From NCBI GenBank assembly GCA_963624975.1, contig CAVFRF010000046.1, positions 2,923-66,922 of the forward strand: 64,000 nt of DNA, in the 5' to 3' direction. The position numbers were made by a program, and so were the translations under genes. Positions 57,663 to 64,000 of this stretch are shown here, piece by piece (the stretch's first letter is position 1; the number at the start of each line of letters is the position of its first letter). This stretch comes from Bacteroidaceae bacterium. Lineage in GTDB: Bacteria; Actinomycetota; Coriobacteriia; Coriobacteriales; CADBOM01. The notes under the pieces were generated by a model. It worked only from the letters and a program-made list of their open reading frames with translations, was not told where the DNA came from and did not search any database.

Positions 57663-57728
57663 CTTGCCTTACCGGTCCAACCAACTTGACACTTGCTACT
57701 TGCCACTTGCATGCATTTGCGACTTGCC
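57663..57728. repeat. Heptamer tandem repeat ACTTGNN x4 plus extra CTTGC copies in the BCCT/corrinoid-gene spacer
   Basis: Plus strand: ACTTGAC ACTTGCT ACTTGCC ACTTGCA (57684-57711), ACTTGCC again at 57722-57728, and CCTTGCC at 57662-57668. On the coding (minus) strand these read as GCAAG(T) repeats 45-90 nt upstream of the corrinoid-protein ATG. Confidence 0.8.
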
Positions 57729-57784
57729 TGCCATCGTCCATCGCCTCGTCAGGCGATTAGAGCCTTGTTCGAACCTCCCTGTGC

Positions 57785-57829
57785 AGCGGGCCTCGCGCCT
57801 CGCATTCCCTGTGTATCGCGAGGCCCGCT
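57785..57829 (-). terminator. Strong stem-loop after the BCCT gene (no U-tract; attenuator/processing site candidate)
   Basis: Perfect 13-bp stem AGCGGGCCTCGCG (57785-57797) and CGCGAGGCCCGCT (57817-57829) with a 19-nt loop. Confidence 0.4.
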
Positions 57830-57854
57830 TCGGGGTCCTTGCGCCCAGCTTGCG

Positions 57855-59459
57855 CTAGGCTCCATCGGGTGCTTCGAGCGCTTCGAGTGTTTCTGGCTCT
57901 TCCGGCACCCTGTCTTTCTTCTTCTTGCGCCGGTCCATTAGCGGAGTTGTGTCTGCATCGGGGTCGAACTCCTGCTTGAGCGATATGTAGATGCCGGCGC
58001 ACATGAATATCAGCACGAATATGAACGGGAAGGCCGCCACCACCGAAGCTGTCTGCAGCGTCTTGAGCGCCGCCTCGCCTCCCGCAAGGATGAGCACGAT
58101 CGTCACGGCTCCCTGTGCGATGCCCCAGAATGCGCGGTACTTCTTGGGCGGATCCATCTCGCCGCCCATCGTGAGCATGGGGAGCACGAATGTCGCAGAA
58201 TCGGCAGCTCCCACGAAGCAGATGAGTACGAGGAACAGAGCCAGAGGTCCGGTGACCTGATACAGCGGCAGCTGCTGGAGCAGTGCGTAGAGCGCCGTGG
58301 TGTAGTCGTTGTTCACAGCGGCCTGGATTGCTCCGCCAGAAGCGGCATCTTGGAAGAAAGCCGCACCACCGTAGATCGTCATCCAGAAGAAGGAGAAGCC
58401 TGCCGGCAGAAACGTTCCGCCCAACACCATCTGGCGCACCGTGCGGCCCCTGGACACTCGGGCAAAGAACTGCCCGCAGAAGGGAGACCATGCGATCCAC
58501 CATGCCCAGTAGAACACCGTCCAGGACGAGAGCCATTCGGGGTCTCCGTACCACAGCGACTGGCCTATGAACGAGGAGATATAGGCTCCGAGGGTGTCGG
58601 TCATGTGCTGCATGATGAACACAAAGCCACCGAACACCAGCAGGAACACCATGAACGCGACTGCCAGCCAAACCTTGATGTTCACGATCTTGGCCATCCA
58701 CTTGTGCAGACCCGAAACCGTAGCCAGGGTAAACACCGCCGTGATGATGCCTATGAGTATCGCCGTGAACGCCGGATTGGTTTCGATAGCCCATATATAT
58801 CCGAACCCGCCGGCTATCTGCAAAGCTCCAAGACCGAGGCTCGTGGATATGCCGAACACCGTGGCGAACACCGAGATGATGTCGACGGTATATCCGATCC
58901 ATCCGTTAACGCGCTCTCCGATGAGCGGGTAGAACGACGAACTGATGAGGAACGGGCGATTCTTGCGGTACTGGGCGTACGCCAGCGCCAGTCCGACCAC
59001 TCCGAACAGCCCCCAGCAGTGCACGCCTTCGTGCATGAACGCGAGCCTCATGCCCGTTCGCATGGCTTCTGCCGTGAAAGGATCGTCCATCGGACCTGTG
59101 GCGTAGTGTATCATCGGCTCCGCAACGGCCCAGAACACTAGACCGATTCCGATTCCGCCACCGAACAGAAGGGCGAACCACTGGAAGTTGCTGAACTCCG
59201 GTTTTTCGTCGTCTCTGCCGAGTCTGATCTTTCCATATTTGGAGATGGCTATTGCCAGTCCAAAGATCAGGAAAGCGAACGTCATTATGAGGTAGAACCA
59301 CCCCAGGTCGTCGCAGAGGAACGAGTTGACTGCGTTCACGCCTACGGCCAGAGCATCCGGAAACACCGCCCCGAAGAGCGTGAATCCGATCACTATGATC
59401 ATAGAGACGATCAGCACGGTCCTGTTCTTGCCGCCCGCTGCGCCATTTGCTCCTGACAT
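57855..59459 (-). CDS. BCCT-family (betaine/carnitine/choline) transporter
   Basis: 534 aa from ATG 59459 (GGGAGGGGG 4 nt upstream; the track start is 59474). It has 12 TM segments and BCCT signatures (FQWFALLFGGGIGIGLVFWAVAEP, WTVFYWAWWIAWSPF). Confidence 0.88.
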   Translation of the reverse strand: MSGANGAAGGKNRTVLIVSMIIVIGFTLFGAVFPDALAVGVNAVNSFLCDDLGWFYLIMTFAFLIFGLAIAISKYGKIRLGRDDEKPEFSNFQWFALLFGGGIGIGLVFWAVAEPMIHYATGPMDDPFTAEAMRTGMRLAFMHEGVHCWGLFGVVGLALAYAQYRKNRPFLISSSFYPLIGERVNGWIGYTVDIISVFATVFGISTSLGLGALQIAGGFGYIWAIETNPAFTAILIGIITAVFTLATVSGLHKWMAKIVNIKVWLAVAFMVFLLVFGGFVFIMQHMTDTLGAYISSFIGQSLWYGDPEWLSSWTVFYWAWWIAWSPFCGQFFARVSRGRTVRQMVLGGTFLPAGFSFFWMTIYGGAAFFQDAASGGAIQAAVNNDYTTALYALLQQLPLYQVTGPLALFLVLICFVGAADSATFVLPMLTMGGEMDPPKKYRAFWGIAQGAVTIVLILAGGEAALKTLQTASVVAAFPFIFVLIFMCAGIYISLKQEFDPDADTTPLMDRRKKKKDRVPEEPETLEALEAPDGA

Positions 59460-59486
59460 TGCGCCCCCTCCCATCTATCTGCTAGT

Positions 59487-59557
59487 TGCTTGTCCTGTGC
59501 TTGCATGTGCTTGCTTTGATTGCATCGGGTTCGTCCTTGCGTCGACTGTTTCGACTG
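59487..59557. repeat. Helical-phase short direct repeats in the BCCT leader (TGCTTG x3; TCGACTG x2)
   Basis: TGCTTG occurs at 59487, 59498 and 59508 (11- and 10-bp spacing), including the tandem decamers GTGCTTGCAT/GTGCTTGCTT. TCGACTG occurs at 59542 and 59551. On the minus strand these read CAAGCA, sharing the GCAAG core with the repeats at 57663-57728. Confidence 0.75.
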
Positions 59558-59925
59558 CTCGGACCCTCGAACCCTTTGCGCACCTTGAAGTTTATGGAGC
59601 GCGATTTGCGGAAGATAGGAATTTGCAAGCCTGCATTGAGAGGTCAATTTTTTCGATTTTTAATCGGTTTTGGGAAAAGCTTGCCGAGGTCTGCGATTTT
59701 TGAACAAGAATTTGCCAAAGGAAGAATTGATTGTGCTTAATGTTGACCAGCTTTGGTGATTTATTTGCTATAACCTATCTCTGGGGTTGGCGAGAAGGTT
59801 ATTTGTACCGTTTGACTATTCAACGCGATACCAGCCAGCTTGGCTGTCGCGCCCGCATCTTTCACTTGCATATGCGTTGTTCGCCTGCGCCCCGATGTCA
59901 TTCGATAGCGTGAAGGGAGTCTGTC

Positions 59926-60882
59926 ATGACTCAAAACGAACTCGACCTCGAGAGAGAAAATCGGGCGGCAATGCCCCAGATATTCGACCGTCTGTGCGTG
60001 GCAGCCAAGCTCATCAACGTAACCATGGATCACGAATGCCTCGTGATCGGGCGATCCAACGGAATCGCCATGGAGATTCCCCCGCACCATCTCGGAAAGT
60101 GCTTTTGCAAGCGCCTGGCCGCCATCAGCGGCGAGAGCATCAACATCGAGCACTTGTTCGAGAAGTCGGCCGACATGAGCGCCAACAGCACGCATCTAAT
60201 ATATACGTGCCCGTTCGGCCTCACCAACATCATGGTTCCGGTGGTCAAGAACGGCCACGTGATGTCGGTGCTGCAGGTTGGCCCCATCCTCACCACTGAT
60301 CCCAACGAGATATTGCAGAAACACGCCCTTTCGCGCAACAACATCGATGCGGCAAGCCTGCACGACTTGAGGGCATATCTGGAGGGACTGCCACATGGCG
60401 ACATCGACTACGTGATGGCGCTTGCCGAGATGGTTACCATCCTCATCGGCGAGAAGGTGGTAGACGTTGCCAACCCGATCGTGAACCTAGAGGAGGTAGA
60501 GCAGCACTCCGCACCCGAGGCGTGTTCTGAGGTCATCGATGCTGCACTCGACTTTATCGACAAGCACTTTACCGACAACGAGATTTCGCTCAACACCGTG
60601 GCGGAGGGCGTGTACGTGCATCCCTCGCATCTTTCGAGGCTGTTCTCCCAGCAGATGAACTGCCGGTTTCGCGGATACATCAACCAGCTCAGGGTCAATC
60701 TGGCATCCAAGTTGCTAACAGAAACAGGCGAGAGCATCAACGACATATGCCACGAAGTGGGCTTTTCGGACCAGTCGTACTTCGTGAAGATCTTCAAGCA
60801 ATACCATGGAGTAACGCCCAGCCAGTACCGCAAGCAGACCACCTACAAGAACGACCCGCTTCCGCGCGACTTCATACCATAG
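59926..60882 (+). CDS. AraC-family transcriptional regulator with N-terminal PocR-type sensor domain
   Basis: 318 aa. The N-terminal half carries PocR-like features (LIYTCPFGLTNIMVPVVKNGHVMSVLQVGP). The C-terminal AraC double HTH includes LNTVAEGVYVHPSHLSRLFSQ and ICHEVGFSDQSYFVKIFKQYHGVTPSQYR. It is divergent from the BCCT operon. Confidence 0.85.
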   Translation: MTQNELDLERENRAAMPQIFDRLCVAAKLINVTMDHECLVIGRSNGIAMEIPPHHLGKCFCKRLAAISGESINIEHLFEKSADMSANSTHLIYTCPFGLTNIMVPVVKNGHVMSVLQVGPILTTDPNEILQKHALSRNNIDAASLHDLRAYLEGLPHGDIDYVMALAEMVTILIGEKVVDVANPIVNLEEVEQHSAPEACSEVIDAALDFIDKHFTDNEISLNTVAEGVYVHPSHLSRLFSQQMNCRFRGYINQLRVNLASKLLTETGESINDICHEVGFSDQSYFVKIFKQYHGVTPSQYRKQTTYKNDPLPRDFIP

Positions 60883-60937
60883 AGCACGTCCGGCGCGATC
60901 GAGGCTGCGCTTTCGCGCACCGCCTGCCAGACGCACG

Positions 60938-60990
60938 ACGGGGGATGCGGCTTGCCGATTGGTTCGGCTAGCCGCATCCCCCGTTTGCTG
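60938..60990. terminator. Terminator hairpin between convergent AraC-family and mrp genes
   Basis: 15-bp stem ACGGGGGATGCGGCT (60938-60952) and AGCCGCATCCCCCGT (60970-60984), followed by TTGCTG. Confidence 0.6.
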
Positions 60991-61032
60991 CTGCGTTCGC
61001 GCTGTGCGAGCACGCGCGTGACACGGCGGCTG

Positions 61033-61878
61033 CTACTCCACTACCGCCTTGTAGAAATCGTCGAGCCAGCTCTGCTCGAAGCTCTCGATGGCGCCCGCGT
61101 CCACGGCCTTGGCGGCCTGCGGATCCATCGGAAGGCTGGCCTTGTTGGCGATGCCGTACTCCTCGGCGATCTCGTCCAGATGGCTCTCGCCAAAGAGGTC
61201 GATGCGCTTGCCGCAATCGGGGCACACGATGTGGCTCATGTTCTCCACGATGCCCAGCACCGGAACCTTCATATCCTTGGCCATGTTGACGGCCTTGCCC
61301 ACGATCATGCCCACCAGCTCCTGCGGCGACGTTACGATCACGATGCCGTCGATGGGCAGCGACTGGAACACGGTGAGGGCCACGTCGCCCGTTCCGGGAG
61401 GCATGTCCACGAACATCACGTCGATGTCGCCCCACGCGACCTCCGACCAGAACTGCTTGACCACGCCCGCGATGATCGGACCGCGCCAGATCACGGGGTC
61501 GGTGTCGTTTTTGAGCAGCAGGTTGAGCGACATCACCTTGATGCCGCCCTTGGACTCCACCGGCAGCATGTTGCCGTCGACCATCGTGCTCACGTGTTCG
61601 GAGATGCCGAACGCGCGCGGAATCGAGGGGCCGGTGATGTCGGAGTCGAGCACCGCGGTCTTCAGACCCTCGCGTGCGGCCTTGGAAGCCAGCAGCGTGG
61701 TGACCAGCGACTTGCCCACGCCGCCCTTGCCGCTCACAACTCCGATGACCTTCTTGACGCTCGAGCCCTCGGCCAGCGGGGCCTTGGCGTTGCGCATCTT
61801 CTTGAGGTCGGGAATGTTGTACTTGTGCTTGGGCGCGTCTTCCTGCTCGGTGGGCCCGTTCGTGCTCTCGTCTGCCAT
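61033..61878 (-). CDS. Mrp/NBP35 (ApbC-like) Fe-S cluster carrier ATPase
   Basis: 281 aa from ATG 61878 (AAGGAGG RBS). It has the deviant Walker A (SGKGGVGKS) and a CPDCG (CxxC) motif. Confidence 0.85.
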   Translation of the reverse strand: MADESTNGPTEQEDAPKHKYNIPDLKKMRNAKAPLAEGSSVKKVIGVVSGKGGVGKSLVTTLLASKAAREGLKTAVLDSDITGPSIPRAFGISEHVSTMVDGNMLPVESKGGIKVMSLNLLLKNDTDPVIWRGPIIAGVVKQFWSEVAWGDIDVMFVDMPPGTGDVALTVFQSLPIDGIVIVTSPQELVGMIVGKAVNMAKDMKVPVLGIVENMSHIVCPDCGKRIDLFGESHLDEIAEEYGIANKASLPMDPQAAKAVDAGAIESFEQSWLDDFYKAVVE

Positions 61879-62114
61879 CGTGTTCCTCCTTGCATGCGGA
61901 CCGCAGCATGCAGCTATGCGCTGCCTAGCGTGCGGCAATGGGATTGTGTGGTACGTGCAAGATCGAACAGAAGCGGCTAGGGGTGTCCGGCTTCTATCAT
62001 CCGCACTCCATGGTAGCCCCTTTTCGTGCTACTTGCAGTCCGAAAAGCGCGAGTGCGGTCGTCGACGCGCCCGCGTCGACGCGCCCGCGCTGCCAGCACG
62101 GTGCCGCGCCCGGG

Positions 62115-63407
62115 CTAGCCGAAGTCGACGGCCAGCCAGCAGGCGTAGCGCTCGCCTATGGGGGCGAATGTGCCCTGCGACATCTCCTCAAGCTGCTCTT
62201 GCGGGAACCTGCGGATTATGCGCCACGTGCCCTCGCCCAGGTTCTCCACCTCGTAGGTGACCTGGAACTGGTCGCCCTGATAGAGCGGCGTGACCATCAG
62301 CGCGTCTACCCCCGGGTCGGTCGTGATGGTGGCCGCATAGGCGCTGCCGTCGCCGTCGGCGCCTACCGATGCGAATGCGGCTATGCCGGCGCTGCTGGAA
62401 TCCACCCGGAATCCGTCGAGCGCACCTGCGATCGAGCCAGCGCTCAGCGAGTCGAGCGATGCCGACTCGGCGCTCACGCTGCCGAACGTCGACGTGCCGG
62501 CCGCCATACTGCCCGAGCTGAGGCTGCCGAACTCGCCTCGCTGCGCGCTGAGGTTGGAGCTGCCGACGCTGCCGGCATCCACGCTGCCGGCAGAAAGCGA
62601 ACCGATGGAGGCAGAGTTGGCGTTTAGGTTCTCGACGTTCGCGGTCACGGCATCCACGATGCGCAGGACCGAGGCCACGGCCGAGATGCTGGCGGCGCTC
62701 ACGTCTTCGGCAGCCAGGTAGCCCACGCCGGCTTCGCTCAGCACTGCGTAGTCCGACGACAGCGAAGCGGCCTGCGCGACCTCGGCGATCGTCTTGCCAA
62801 ACACCGAGCTGTCGGCCTCGAGGCCCGTGGCCTTCACCGCGCTGGCTTGCAGGTCGTCTGCGTTCAGCGCTTCGGTGCTCAGGTCGAAGGCCAGCACGTG
62901 GTCTATCTCTGCATCTCCCGAGAGCAGCGATCCGGCCCGCACCGAACCCGAGGTCGCCATCCACTCCGACCTCACCCCGCCCGAGGCGGCCAGAGCACCG
63001 TCTATCTCAAGGTTCGCCCACGTGCGCGTGCGCCATGCCGTGGGGTCTATCTCGAACAGCAGGTTGCTGCCCGTGCCGTCGGTTACCGAGAGCTTGCCCT
63101 GCGACCACAGCGCGAAGCCGTCCGAGCCCGCATCTGCCACCAGCGAGGTGAGCTGCGACTGCGAGCCGCCTTGCCCGCTGCCGGTGCCATTCGCACTGCC
63201 CGCGCCGGCGGTTGCCCCGCCGATTCCTGCTCCCCCATCGCCTCCACTTTCCTGAAAGTCCTCGGGGGATTGTTCAACACGGTTGGAATCGGTTAAGGAT
63301 TCGTTTGGATTTGGTTTAACAGAACAGGAAGATACGGATGCTATACCTGCTAGCAAGGTCATGCAGGCAAGGCATGTGCGACCTGCGTTGCGGTATCTGG
63401 TTTTCAT
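62115..63407 (-). CDS. Uncharacterised lipoprotein with Gly-rich linker and degenerate Ser/Gly/Ala repeat region
   Basis: 430 aa with a signal peptide and lipobox (LLAGIASVSSC), a linker (GGDGGAGIGGATAGAGSANGTGSGQGG), and about 70 aa of degenerate repeats (SIGSLSAGSVDAGSVGSSNLS...GSLSSGSMAAGTSTFGSVSAESASLDSLSAGSIAG). No family was recognised. Confidence 0.6.
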   Translation of the reverse strand: MKTRYRNAGRTCLACMTLLAGIASVSSCSVKPNPNESLTDSNRVEQSPEDFQESGGDGGAGIGGATAGAGSANGTGSGQGGSQSQLTSLVADAGSDGFALWSQGKLSVTDGTGSNLLFEIDPTAWRTRTWANLEIDGALAASGGVRSEWMATSGSVRAGSLLSGDAEIDHVLAFDLSTEALNADDLQASAVKATGLEADSSVFGKTIAEVAQAASLSSDYAVLSEAGVGYLAAEDVSAASISAVASVLRIVDAVTANVENLNANSASIGSLSAGSVDAGSVGSSNLSAQRGEFGSLSSGSMAAGTSTFGSVSAESASLDSLSAGSIAGALDGFRVDSSSAGIAAFASVGADGDGSAYAATITTDPGVDALMVTPLYQGDQFQVTYEVENLGEGTWRIIRRFPQEQLEEMSQGTFAPIGERYACWLAVDFG

Positions 63408-63453
63408 TGGAAATCACCTCTCTGGAAACGAGAGGCCTTGGGGAGTTCGAAGT

Positions 63454-64000
63454 ATGAACGTAAACGATGGCAAAATCAATGGCATTGGCAGGATTCTCGA
63501 ATTCTGCACACCGAAGGGCAGGCGCGGCACGGTGCGCATCGAGTCTGCGCTGGGAGAAGGCTCGGCCAGCCGGGTGTTCGCGGGGCGCGCCACGCTCGAC
63601 ACGCGGCAGCAGCTAGACGTGGCCGTGAAGGTCCTGCGTCCCGAGCTTGCGGGCACGGCGATGGCGGAGCGCTTCGCCCGCGAGTCGCTGCTGCTGTGCA
63701 GCCTGTCGCATCCATCGATCGTGCGCGGCCTCGCGAGGGGCACGGCCGGGGGCGCCGCCGGGGGCGTTGTCGGGAGTGCTGCAGGTCTCCCCTTCCTGGT
63801 GATGGAGCGCGTGCGCGGCATCTCGCTTCTCGACGCGATGCGCAGGGGCGGCATCTCGCCCGAGACCTCCATCGGCGTGGCGATCGGCATCGTCAGCGCG
63901 CTCGAGCACATCCGGCTCGACGGCCGGGTGCTGGCTCACCGCGACATCAAGCCTGCCAACATCATGCTCTTGCCCGACAGCTCGCCCAAGCTCATGGACC
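63454..64000 (+). CDS. Ser/Thr protein kinase, N-terminal part (continues beyond window end)
   Basis: Hand translation from ATG 63454 (GGGGAG RBS) gives a G-loop (LGEGSASRVFAG), VAVKVL, and the catalytic loop HRDIKPANIML. It is absent from the ORF track because there is no stop before the edge. Confidence 0.85.
   Translation, partial: MNVNDGKINGIGRILEFCTPKGRRGTVRIESALGEGSASRVFAGRATLDTRQQLDVAVKVLRPELAGTAMAERFARESLLLCSLSHPSIVRGLARGTAGGAAGGVVGSAAGLPFLVMERVRGISLLDAMRRGGISPETSIGVAIGIVSALEHIRLDGRVLAHRDIKPANIMLLPDSSPKLMD

Noticed and set aside
59460-59925. Cobalamin riboswitch in the long leader of the corrinoid operon.
   Set aside because: I found no B12-box-like core (GCCACUG and its flanking conserved stems) on the coding strand by eye. 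An Infernal scan would be decisive, but nothing supports the call.

Overview
This 64-kb chromosomal window comes from a high-GC Gram-positive genome. Hand-counted 60-nt lines give about 65% GC in housekeeping genes. The gene content fits Coriobacteriia/Actinomycetota, but that assignment is a low-confidence inference. Most of the window is core metabolism, largely on the minus strand. It holds the 5' end of a ribonucleotide reductase with NrdR boxes, rsgA, trkH, punA and addAB. It also holds two polar amino-acid ABC transporters, bioY-birA with a candidate BirA operator, tRNA-Ala(GGC), an L,D-transpeptidase and cobO/cobC. A complete F1Fo ATP synthase operon follows, then a dCMP deaminase-rpiB-tsaC-prmC-prfA run, DUF1385-thyX-rpmE, tRNA-His(GTG), a ZIP metal transporter, an Mrp/NBP35 ATPase and a partial Ser/Thr kinase. 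There are three accessory regions. (1) At 50.8-60.9 kb lies a corrinoid-dependent methyltransferase locus: a BCCT importer, a B12-binding protein, two divergent non-pyrrolysine MttB-family methyltransferases, an orphan HyuA-like ASKHA ATPase and a methyl-corrinoid:THF methyltransferase. A divergent PocR-AraC regulator sits next to it, and the leaders are unusually rich in short repeats. Its substrate and its activation mechanism cannot be assigned, and this is my best candidate for an undescribed system. (2) At 20.6-22.7 kb lies a lower-GC type II restriction-modification island with an HTH-fused C5-cytosine methyltransferase. (3) At 11.8-12.2 kb lies a decayed toxin-antitoxin module in which the toxin is reduced to 26 codons. 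I saw no CRISPR array, rRNA gene, IS element or prophage.
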